The notes under the pieces: generated by a model | The model's database searches: none | What the model was told of the DNA's origin: nothing | The model's input: only the letters and a program-made list of their open reading frames with translations | Part shown: in pieces, positions 27,610 to 35,587 of the stretch | How the letters are laid out: each line of letters begins with the position of its first letter | Numbering within the stretch: the first letter of the stretch is position 1 | Position numbers and translations under genes: made by a program | Source: Myxococcales bacterium | GTDB lineage: Bacteria > Myxococcota_A > Polyangia > Nannocystales > Nannocystaceae | DNA length: 64,000 nt | Direction of reading: 5' to 3' | Assembly: GCA_020633315.1 (NCBI GenBank) | Contig: JACKDV010000004.1 | Location: 384,071-448,070 of the forward strand

Positions 27610-29163
27610 ATGGGACTACTCGACAAGATGTTCGGCGGCGGCACCAACCTCGAGCTGCGGCTCGACACCGACAAGATCCCGGAGGGCGGCACGCTCTCGG
27701 GCACGGTGACCCTCTCGGGCGGCAAGAAGCCGCTCAAGCTCACCGCGCTCAAGGTCCGGCTGGTCTACGTCAAGGTGGAGAAGCGCGACGACTCGCCGCT
27801 GCCCAACATCGAGATGCAGGTGCTGCTCGACAACACCATCGTGGCCAACGCCGACCTGCCCCCGGCCTCGCTGCAGAAGTACGACTTCTCGTTCAAGGTC
27901 CCCACCGGCACCGATCCCGACGGTGAGTACCGGGTGCAGGCCACCGCCGACATCCCCAAGGTCAAGGACCCCTCGGCCGAGGCCAAGCTCAAGGTCATCT
28001 CCCCCGACAGCGCGGGGGCGAGCAAGGGGATCTTCAGCCGCCTCACCGGCAAGTCGAGCGAGGACGAGATCCTCGCGCAGTTCCCCGGGCTGATGTCCTC
28101 CGACGAGGACGAGCAGACCGAGGCGCTGAGCGACCTGACCTGCGCCGCCTACGACGACGACAACAACTTCGTGAACATCGCCGGGCACCTCGGCCGCATG
28201 ATGGCCAACGGCAGCGCCGAGGTGCGGGCCGCCGCCCTGCAGGCCTGGGGCACGGTGCTCAACAATCGCGCCAAGCCCGAGCACATCCAGGCGCTGTCGA
28301 GCATGGCCGCCGACCCGGCCGTGGCCTCCGACCGCCGCCTGATGAGCGAGGTGGTCGCGGTCGCGGCCAAGTTCGCCGAGGAGGGCGCGGGGCCGCTGGT
28401 GCAGTGGTTCGCCCAGCACCCCAACCCCGAGGTGCGCCGAGAGATGGCCGACCGCCTGCGCTTCGACGCCGACGAGGAGTTCATGGACAAGCGCGCCATC
28501 CTCACCGCGCTGGCCAACGACCCCGACCCCGGCGTGCGGGCCTCGGCCATCGGCGGGCTGAGCGAGCACAACGACGAGGCGGCGATGGTGAACGAATTCA
28601 TCCAGCGCTCGTTCTCCGATCCCTCGCCCGAGGTGCAGGCCGCGTGCATCTCGGCCATCACCCTGTCGCACCACTACGGCTTCGCCGAGCAGGTGTTCAC
28701 CACCTTCCAGCAGCACCTGGGCAACCAGCACGTGAAGGTCCGCAAGGAGCTCGCCGATTCCTCCCACTGGCTGCCCGCCGATCCGCGCCTGGCCGGCATC
28801 GTCCACGCGCTGCTCTCCGATCCCAGCGCCGAGGTGCGGCGCTCGATGGCGTGGCAGGGCGTCAACATGAGCGAGCACGGCGAGCTGGCCGAGCTGTTCA
28901 TGCGCGCCTGCGACGACCCCGACGAGGAGGTCGCCCAGGACGCGCTCAAGGGCATGGGCCGCCTGCTGGGCTTCGACCGCGCCGCCCAGTTCTACCGCCA
29001 GCGCCTGGCCACCCACCCCACCGAGAGCACCTACTGGGGCGTCTACTACGGGGTGTGCAACGACCTCGAGGAGCCGGCGGCCCGCCAGGTGATGCAGCAG
29101 CTCGCGCAGTCGCAATTCGCCGACGTGGCCAGCTCGGCCCGCGAGTCGCTGATGGATGCCTGA
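27610..29163 (+). CDS. Spo0M-like (arrestin-like) N-terminal domain fused to a PBS-lyase/HEAT-repeat domain.
   Basis: 'MGLLDKMFGGGTNLELRLDTDKIPEGGTLSGTVTLSGG' matches the Spo0M/SpoOM N-terminus. Repeated 'DPDPGVRASAIGGL', 'DPSPEVQAACISAI', 'DPSAEVRRSMAWQG' HEAT-like units. Confidence 0.65.
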   Translation: MGLLDKMFGGGTNLELRLDTDKIPEGGTLSGTVTLSGGKKPLKLTALKVRLVYVKVEKRDDSPLPNIEMQVLLDNTIVANADLPPASLQKYDFSFKVPTGTDPDGEYRVQATADIPKVKDPSAEAKLKVISPDSAGASKGIFSRLTGKSSEDEILAQFPGLMSSDEDEQTEALSDLTCAAYDDDNNFVNIAGHLGRMMANGSAEVRAAALQAWGTVLNNRAKPEHIQALSSMAADPAVASDRRLMSEVVAVAAKFAEEGAGPLVQWFAQHPNPEVRREMADRLRFDADEEFMDKRAILTALANDPDPGVRASAIGGLSEHNDEAAMVNEFIQRSFSDPSPEVQAACISAITLSHHYGFAEQVFTTFQQHLGNQHVKVRKELADSSHWLPADPRLAGIVHALLSDPSAEVRRSMAWQGVNMSEHGELAELFMRACDDPDEEVAQDALKGMGRLLGFDRAAQFYRQRLATHPTESTYWGVYYGVCNDLEEPAARQVMQQLAQSQFADVASSARESLMDA

Positions 29164-29252
29164 CCCCTCCTCGCTCGCCGCGCCGCCGCCCGCCGCCGCC
29201 CATGGAAGCGCGGCGGGTCCGGGCGCGGATCGAAGCCTGAGGGGCTCGCGCG

Positions 29253-29834
29253 TCAGTAGAGCACGATGTCGTGGTTGCCCGGCACGGTCACGAAGATCGT
29301 GACGCACTGCTCCGCCGCGTCGGTGACGAGCCAGGGATGGGTGGCGTAGGTGTAGTAGACGCCCGAAGTCTGGCCGGGCTCGAGCTGACCGAAGGGGTTC
29401 CTCGTGCCGGTGTAGTCCAGCCAGTACAGCCGCCGCACCGCGCCCGACTCGTTGTGCCACACGATCTGCGCCGCGGCATCGGCCGCGATCGAGGCCAGCG
29501 TGCCCTCCTCGGCGCAGGGGTGCTCGGGCAGGCTCTGCGCCGGAGGCCCGCCGCTGCTGCTCTCCTCGGCGTCGCCCGTCGTGCCCTCGCCGGTGCTGGT
29601 GTCCGCCGCCGCGCTGCTCGTCCCCGGCTCGAGCGTGTCGTCGCCCGTGGTGGCGACCGAGGTCCCGCCCTCGGCCGTGCCCACGCCGGTGCCCCCGGGG
29701 CCCGGGCCCTCGCTGGTCGATCCCGGCGCTCCCGTGGTGTCCTCCGGGGTCCCGCCGTCGCCCGAGCCGAAGCCTCCCGAGGTGGGCGAGCACCCCAGGA
29801 GCACGACGAGCGACAGCCAGCCCGCGCGGTGCAT
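29253..29834 (-). CDS. Lipoprotein with a C-terminal domain resembling the von Hippel-Lindau (VHL) beta-domain.
   Basis: 'MHRAGWLSLVVLLGC' lipobox and a Gly/Thr-rich linker. 'IVWHNESGAVRRLYWLDYTGTRNPFGQLEPGQTSGVYYTYATHPWLVTD' parallels the pVHL beta-domain '[47 protein letters not shown]' (recalled from memory). Confidence 0.55.
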   Translation of the reverse strand: MHRAGWLSLVVLLGCSPTSGGFGSGDGGTPEDTTGAPGSTSEGPGPGGTGVGTAEGGTSVATTGDDTLEPGTSSAAADTSTGEGTTGDAEESSSGGPPAQSLPEHPCAEEGTLASIAADAAAQIVWHNESGAVRRLYWLDYTGTRNPFGQLEPGQTSGVYYTYATHPWLVTDAAEQCVTIFVTVPGNHDIVLY

Positions 29835-29959
29835 GCCGGGAATGATAGAGGATGGGCCCGCCCCGGCGAAGGGGCGAGCCCCCGAGCTCCCGACCCAGCC
29901 CGAGCCGCCCCGAGGACCCCGGGCGCGGGCGCGGGCTCCGGTCGGGGTTCCTCGCCGCC

Positions 29960-31543
29960 CTACGGCCGCGGCCCCACGTACTCGATCGTGGCGTCGTCCG
30001 CCCCGCCCGAGCCGATGTTGATCAGGTTGCCGCCGAAGATGATCGACTTGTTGTGGCCCTGCACGTAGGCGAGCGCGGCGTTGAAGCGCGGCGTGGGCTC
30101 GGAGGCGGGGGTGATGTCGGCCCAGTCGTCGAGGCTGGGGTCGTAGGCCCAGGTGCCCGGGTCGGGGTCGTTGCAGCAGGTGTCGAGCTTGCCGCTGTGC
30201 ACGATGTACGAGCCGTCGGCGTAGTGCGAGCCGGTCTGCACGAACCAGGGACCAGGGGTGGTGGTGGGCGCGGCCTGGGACCAGCTGTTGCCGGCGACGT
30301 CGTAGCGCCAGGTCTGGTCGATGGGGATCCCCGGGTCGATGTCGTCGTCGTCGTAGCCGCCGAACAGGGTGATGGTGCCCAGCCCGTCGAAGCCCATGGT
30401 GTAGGCCGAGCGGGGGGTGGGAGCCCCGGCCGGCGCAAGGTCGGTCCAGGTGTCGGCCGCGACGTCGTAGGCCCAGGTGTCGCCCAGGTGGATGCCGAAG
30501 GAGGTGCGCCCGCCGTAGAGCACCATCGTGCCGTCGGCCACCGTCACCATCGAGACCGCGAAGCGCGGGGACGGGAGCAGGGGCGGGGCCATCATGGTCC
30601 ACTCCTCGGTGACCACGTCGAAGGCCCAGGTGTCCTGCAGGCCCGCGCCCCCGTTGGCCGTGTTGCCGCCGAAGAGGATCACCGTGTCGACGCCGTCGAA
30701 GGCCATCGCGTGCGCCTCGCGGATGGGCGGGGGCGTCATCGGGCTCAGCGCGCTCCAGGTGCCGGCCTCCACGTCGTAGACCCAGGTGTCGTTGAGCCGC
30801 GCTCCCCCTTGGTTGCGGCCGCCGAACATCAGCAGGCGACCGTCCCCGAGGTCGACCATCGCCGCGTTGTAGCGGGCCGAGGGGGACGCCGCGGGAGCGA
30901 GCACGCGGTAGGTGTTGGGCGTGGTGTGGGCACCCACCGTCACCTCGAACGGCGCCTCGTCGGCGTCGTCGTTGTCGATGCTCAGGGTGAGCTCCTTGAG
31001 CCCACCGTTGGTCGGCGCGAAGGTGACGGTGAACGAGGTGGAGCCCGCGGCGGGCACCACCGCGTCGAGCATGGCGGTGTCGAGGGTGAAGTGGGCGTCG
31101 TCCCCCGCCGTGATGCTCACCCCGTTCACCGCCAGGTCGGCGGTGCCCACGTTGTCGATGGTCACCACCACCGGGGTGCCGACCATGCCCACGTCGACGG
31201 TCTCCGCGACGTCGAAGAGGTCGCCCGTGGCCACCGCCGTCATGTCGATCGACACCTCGATCTCCGGGCCCACCGGCCCGCCCGAGGAGCTCGACTCGCC
31301 CTCGGTCGCCGTCGAGTCGGGACCCGGGCCCGACGAGCTCTCCGTGCCGGTCCCCGTGCCATCCGAGGTCATCGCGGTGGTCATGGTGGTGGGGGCGGTC
31401 GTCATCGTCATCGCACCCGTCGACGAGCCCGTGGAATCGTCGCCGGTCGTGCCGTCGCCCATGGGGTCGTCGGGACAGCCGGTGAGCGAGGCGAGCAGCA
31501 GCGTGATGGGAAGGGTCGAGGAGCGGCGCAGACGGTAGCTCAT
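29960..31543 (-). CDS. Kelch-repeat (beta-propeller) lipoprotein.
   Basis: 'LLLASLTGC' lipobox. Multiple Kelch units 'LMFGGRNQGGARLNDTWVYDVEAGTWS', 'ILFGGNTANGGAGLQDTWAFDV', 'VLYGGRTSFGIHLGDTWAYDV', 'TLFGGYDDDD..DQTWRYDV'. Confidence 0.8.
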   Translation of the reverse strand: MSYRLRRSSTLPITLLLASLTGCPDDPMGDGTTGDDSTGSSTGAMTMTTAPTTMTTAMTSDGTGTGTESSSGPGPDSTATEGESSSSGGPVGPEIEVSIDMTAVATGDLFDVAETVDVGMVGTPVVVTIDNVGTADLAVNGVSITAGDDAHFTLDTAMLDAVVPAAGSTSFTVTFAPTNGGLKELTLSIDNDDADEAPFEVTVGAHTTPNTYRVLAPAASPSARYNAAMVDLGDGRLLMFGGRNQGGARLNDTWVYDVEAGTWSALSPMTPPPIREAHAMAFDGVDTVILFGGNTANGGAGLQDTWAFDVVTEEWTMMAPPLLPSPRFAVSMVTVADGTMVLYGGRTSFGIHLGDTWAYDVAADTWTDLAPAGAPTPRSAYTMGFDGLGTITLFGGYDDDDIDPGIPIDQTWRYDVAGNSWSQAAPTTTPGPWFVQTGSHYADGSYIVHSGKLDTCCNDPDPGTWAYDPSLDDWADITPASEPTPRFNAALAYVQGHNKSIIFGGNLINIGSGGADDATIEYVGPRP

Positions 31544-31750
31544 GCCCACCAGATACCAGAGGTCCGCCTCCGTCGTGACACCGCCTCGGTTGCGTCCGCA
31601 CACATCACGCGCTCGATCCAGTCGAGGACCTTCGCGCGCTCCTCGGCGGGCCGCCCCGGACGCAGGCGAACCTCGATTCGGGGCCCTGGTGGCGGAGGAA
31701 GGGTTGGCCCGATGACACGGGCGGGGCCCGGGTCGGTCGCGCCCCCGAGC

Positions 31751-32737
31751 TCAGCGCAGCAGGTACTCGCGGGTCGCGTCGAGCACCGCGTCGGTCTGCT
31801 CGACCATCAGCCGGTGCCCCGCGTCGGCGACGTGGACCACCGACGCCTCGCGGAACAGCCCCTGGTGGTAGCGCTCCTGGAAGCTCCACCCCAGCGCGCT
31901 GCACTCCGAGCCCAGCAGCAGCACCGGGGGCGCGAGGCTCCGCAGGCCGTCGGCGTAGTCGAACTCGAAGCGACCGGCCCGGTGGGGCTGCAGCTTCTGG
32001 TTGCGGACGAGATCGAGGTAGGCCCCGGGGCGCCACACCGGCAGCTCGGGCAGGTCGTCGGGATCGCAGTAGTAGTGCAGCAGCGAGCCGGAGTGCAGGA
32101 GCATGAGGGCCTTGAGGTCCATCTGCTCGTGGTCGAGGGGACCGAGCACCTGCCCCTGCCAGTAGGTCCGAGCCAGCGAGGGATCGAAGAGCTGGAGGTC
32201 GAACACCTGGTCGAAGGTCTCGCCGAAGATCTCGCCCGTGAGCCCGGCGGGCTCGAGCAGGACCAGGCCGGCCACGTCCTCGGGGCGACGCGAGGCGTGC
32301 AGCGCCGCATACATCGCCCCGAACGAGTGCCCCACCAGGGTGACCGGAGCCTCCGGCGAGTAGCGCTGCTTGATCGCGGCGATCTCCTCCACGACGGGCC
32401 CCTCGCCGATCTCGTCGGCGCCGATGCGCTCCGAGAGCCCGTTGCCCCGCTGATCCCACAGCACCACGAAGAAGCCGTCGTCGGCCAGCTCGGCGAACGA
32501 GCGCATCGAGCGGAAGTCGGCGAGCGAGCCGTGCAGCACCAGCACCACGGGGTCGTCGGGATCGCCGTGGGTCTCGAGGTGGATGGCGCGGGCGTGCCCC
32601 GCCACCTCGATCTCGATCTGGGGGAGCCGCGGATCCTCGTCGGCGGTGGGCGGCACGAGCACCCCGAGCCCATCCGCGTCCATGCACGCGCCCGCCGGGC
32701 TCGCCAGCGCCAGCACCAGCCCGAGCCGCCTCACCAT
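31751..32737 (-). CDS. Alpha/beta-hydrolase-fold lipoprotein.
   Basis: 'LVLALASPAGAC' lipobox. 'VVLVLHGSLADF', nucleophile elbow 'GHSFG', C-terminal His 'DAGHRL'. Confidence 0.75.
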   Translation of the reverse strand: MVRRLGLVLALASPAGACMDADGLGVLVPPTADEDPRLPQIEIEVAGHARAIHLETHGDPDDPVVLVLHGSLADFRSMRSFAELADDGFFVVLWDQRGNGLSERIGADEIGEGPVVEEIAAIKQRYSPEAPVTLVGHSFGAMYAALHASRRPEDVAGLVLLEPAGLTGEIFGETFDQVFDLQLFDPSLARTYWQGQVLGPLDHEQMDLKALMLLHSGSLLHYYCDPDDLPELPVWRPGAYLDLVRNQKLQPHRAGRFEFDYADGLRSLAPPVLLLGSECSALGWSFQERYHQGLFREASVVHVADAGHRLMVEQTDAVLDATREYLLR

Positions 32738-33459
32738 CGCAGGTCTGCTCCCGCTTGCAGGTAGAACGGCATCTGACCGATCGCGGGATGGCTGAGCACG
32801 CCCTGGCGCTGAGGCTGCCACGCCCACCCACCGCGCAGGTAGGCGCCCCAGCGACGCAGCACCCGTCCGCCGATCACCGCCCCGAGCAGGAGCGTGCTCG
32901 AGGGGAACGCGAGCACGCCGTCCCTCGGCCCGCTCGTCCCGCCGCTGGTGCCCTCGGGGTAGCGATCGTCGAAGGTCTCGGCCACCACCGCGGAGGGATG
33001 CACCGCGACCAGCGGCACCGTCCGCCAGCGCAGGTCGAGGCCCGCGGACCACCGCCAGCGAAACACTCCCGGCTGCGCCCCCAGCTCCAGGCTCCAGCCC
33101 GTGCGATCGCCGGTGACGTCGCGCGCCCGCACCACGCCGGTGTCGATCGAGGTCGCGATCCCCAGTGAGCGGTGGGGCAGCACGAGCGCGGTGCCGCTGG
33201 CCATCAGCCGCCAGGCGCCGCCGCCGAGCCACAGGCTCACCGGCGCCTCGTAGCGCAGGCCGAGGCGACCGTCGTGACCGCGCAGCACCCCCGGCCACCC
33301 GCGGCTGTAGGCCACCCCGAGCACCCAGATGGGATCCCAGCCGAAGTCGAGGCCCACGCGATCGAGAGCCACCTTGCGCGTGAGCACGGGCTCGGCCCGG
33401 GCCACCCCCGCCGCGAGCGTGAGCGCGAGGCCGAGGGCCGACGCGAGGCCGAGACGCAT
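32731..33459 (-). CDS. Hypothetical secreted beta-rich (outer-membrane barrel-like) protein.
   Basis: Signal 'MRLGLASALGLALTLAAGVARA'. Alternating amphipathic strands and a terminal '..ADLRW'. Overlaps the hydrolase start by 7 nt, so an operon. Confidence 0.5.
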   Translation of the reverse strand: MRLGLASALGLALTLAAGVARAEPVLTRKVALDRVGLDFGWDPIWVLGVAYSRGWPGVLRGHDGRLGLRYEAPVSLWLGGGAWRLMASGTALVLPHRSLGIATSIDTGVVRARDVTGDRTGWSLELGAQPGVFRWRWSAGLDLRWRTVPLVAVHPSAVVAETFDDRYPEGTSGGTSGPRDGVLAFPSSTLLLGAVIGGRVLRRWGAYLRGGWAWQPQRQGVLSHPAIGQMPFYLQAGADLRW

Positions 33460-33600
33460 GCCCCCTCCTACCCCGAGGCAGGCGCTGTGGCGCGTGCAAA
33501 GCTTGCCGCGCACCGATGCCATGGCCCCTCGAGCACACGCTCGCGCTCGGATCGTCACGCCGGCTCGACCGCGAGGCGTCGCTGCGGTCACGCGCGCCGA

Positions 33601-34857
33601 TCAGCCCTCGGCGCAGACCTCGTCGCTGTCGAATTCCGCCGCGTAGTCCACCCCGGGCACGTCGAAGCCGCGGGTCTTGGCGTACTCCGACATGAAGCGC
33701 TCGAACAGGCCCTCGGGGCAGGCGTCGCCCACCTTGGCCGCCTCGAAGCGCTCCGCCATCGGCCCCTGCACGTCGGCGCCGAGCTCCACGTCGTCCATGC
33801 GCAGCAGCCCCTCGTCGTCGAGGGAGGGGCCCGCCTCGCCGAAGTGCTGCTCGAACATCCGCAGCATGCTGGCGGTGGGGTCCTCGTGGCGCTCGCCCAT
33901 CACGTCGAGCAGGTGCGCCAGGTAGAACGACACGCCCGGGATCCCGCCCGAGGCCTCGGTGACCACCGCGGGTCCCTCCACCGCCAGCGCCCGCCCACCG
34001 ATGCGGGTCTTCAACAGCGCATCGAGGGCGCGGGTGGTGTGCTCGAGGTCGGCCTTGGCCAGGCCGATGAGGCCCTTGCGGTACACGCCCTCGTTGAGGG
34101 GGTTGCCGCGGTAGCTGATCGTCAGCAGGTCGAAGCCCTCGGCCAGCACGTCGGCCGCGAGCAGGGTGGACACCCAGCGATCGACGATGCCGCCGCCCAT
34201 CACGTAGATCGTGCCGATGGCCTCCTCGGGGGTGCCGGGGGCGATCACCACCTCGACCACGCGCGAGGGCTCGCCCTTGCGCTCGTCGGGCGCGGTGAAG
34301 GTCTTGAGGGTGACCGGGTTGCCCAGGGCCTTGAGCGCGCTGCTCACCGCCTTGCCGGTGCGGGGGTCGAGCGCCCGCGGGGCGGCCAGCGACCACACGA
34401 TGCCGTGGAGCTTGCCGCCGAAGTGCTCCTGGATCTCGGCCACCACCGCGTCGCGCACCTCGGGGTCGAAGGCATCGCCCTGGATCGTGCGGGCGACCAG
34501 GCCCCGGGCTCGCAGCGCCCGCTCGATCGCGAGGTTGCGGTGGAAGCCGGGCGAGCCGATCTTGCGGATCTTGTTGTTGCTGTCGGGCTGCGGGACGGCG
34601 TCGAGCGAGAGGTTGAGGGTGTTGGCGCCGCGGCGCGCCCCCAGCACGGCCCGCGCCGCGCTGCCGAAGCCTCCCGAGCCGCCCACCACCAGCCAGTTGC
34701 CGCCCGAGCCGGGCGCGGGCGCATCCTTGGTTGCCACGCGATCGACGATCTCCTGGGCCGACACCTGCGTTCCCACCGGGTGGAAGTTGGCCGGGAAGAT
34801 CACGTGGCCGAGCGCGGCCATGAAGCGGTACTGGAACTGCGGGAGCGCGATCTGCAT
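33601..34857 (-). CDS. fabV: Trans-2-enoyl-CoA / enoyl-ACP reductase, FabV/Ter family.
   Basis: 'IQGDAFDPEVRDAVVAEIQEHFGGKLHGIVWSLAAPRALDPRTGKAVSSALKALGNPV' aligns with the FabV 'INGDAFSDEIKQ...[28 protein letters not shown]'. 'GGSGGFG' NADH motif. Confidence 0.8.
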   Translation of the reverse strand: MQIALPQFQYRFMAALGHVIFPANFHPVGTQVSAQEIVDRVATKDAPAPGSGGNWLVVGGSGGFGSAARAVLGARRGANTLNLSLDAVPQPDSNNKIRKIGSPGFHRNLAIERALRARGLVARTIQGDAFDPEVRDAVVAEIQEHFGGKLHGIVWSLAAPRALDPRTGKAVSSALKALGNPVTLKTFTAPDERKGEPSRVVEVVIAPGTPEEAIGTIYVMGGGIVDRWVSTLLAADVLAEGFDLLTISYRGNPLNEGVYRKGLIGLAKADLEHTTRALDALLKTRIGGRALAVEGPAVVTEASGGIPGVSFYLAHLLDVMGERHEDPTASMLRMFEQHFGEAGPSLDDEGLLRMDDVELGADVQGPMAERFEAAKVGDACPEGLFERFMSEYAKTRGFDVPGVDYAAEFDSDEVCAEG

Positions 34858-34983
34858 GACGCGGCGGTCGTAACACAGGGCGAGCCGGCCGCGTGAGCGC
34901 CCCCGCTCCCGCGATCGTGGCGAGCCTCACGGCAGGGCGACGACTCCTGGGCGCGTGCCTCAGGTGCTGGCCCGGGTGCTAGC

Positions 34984-35472
34984 GTGGTTGCGATGGGTCT
35001 CGAGGACGTGCGCCGGAGGCTGCCGGTGGTCGGCGAGCACGGGCTGGCCACGCTGTGGCGAGAGGCGCGGGAGATGAGCTCGCTGCGCAACCGAACGGTG
35101 GACGACCTGTGGGGCTTCTGCCGCGGCTGCTCCTACGCCGAGCTGTGCATGGGGGGCTGCACCGCGGTGTCCGAGCCGGTGCTGGGGCGGCCGGGCAACA
35201 ACCCCTTCTGCATCCACCGCGCCCTCACCCTGCAGCAGCAGGGGCTGCGCGAGCGCATCGAGCTGGTCCGCCGCGCGCCGCCGATCGGCTTCGGCTCGCC
35301 GCTGTTCCGGGTGGTGCGCGAGGCCATCGATCCCGCGCGGCGGGCCGAGCAAGGGCCGGTGGCGATCGAGCAGCCGCGGGTGTCGCGACTCGAGCAGTGG
35401 GAGGGCCCGGGACGACCGGTGGAGCTCGACCCGAGCGAGCGCCTCGACCCGAGGCCCCCCACCTCGGAGTGA
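34984..35472 (+). CDS. Orphan SPASM-like Cys-motif ORF (radical-SAM C-terminal-domain remnant?).
   Basis: 'WGFCRGCSYAELCMGGCTAVS..FCIH' matches the SPASM/twitch C-x2-C-x5-C-x3-C signature. GTG start. Only ~125 nt separate it from the fabV start, so there is no room for an upstream radical-SAM core. Confidence 0.4.
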   Translation: MVAMGLEDVRRRLPVVGEHGLATLWREAREMSSLRNRTVDDLWGFCRGCSYAELCMGGCTAVSEPVLGRPGNNPFCIHRALTLQQQGLRERIELVRRAPPIGFGSPLFRVVREAIDPARRAEQGPVAIEQPRVSRLEQWEGPGRPVELDPSERLDPRPPTSE

Positions 35473-35587
35473 GCGAGGTCGAGCGTGAGCGTCGACCGCC
35501 AGCCACCGAGAAGGGCGTTCGACGACCGGGCTCCGGTCCCGGCATCACTTCGTCCCCGGCCCCGGGGCCCTCGGCTACGATCCGGCC

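Noticed and set aside
27616-29793. 725-aa minus ORF antisense to the Spo0M-HEAT gene.
   Set aside because: Low-complexity Gly/Arg/Ala translation. The plus frame has the Spo0M N-terminus and HEAT repeats.
31807-32673. 288-aa minus ORF rich in Cys/Ser/Thr/Pro ('CSCRPPPTRIRGSPRS..').
   Set aside because: It looked superficially like a Cys-rich peptide but is the -1 frame of the alpha/beta-hydrolase gene. Its composition derives from reading GC-rich codons out of frame.
29852-32764. 970-aa plus ORF and 31605..32831 minus ORF across the Kelch / hydrolase genes.
   Set aside because: Antisense or off-frame. Gly/Arg-dominated with no domain signal. The Kelch and alpha/beta-hydrolase frames are motif-supported.
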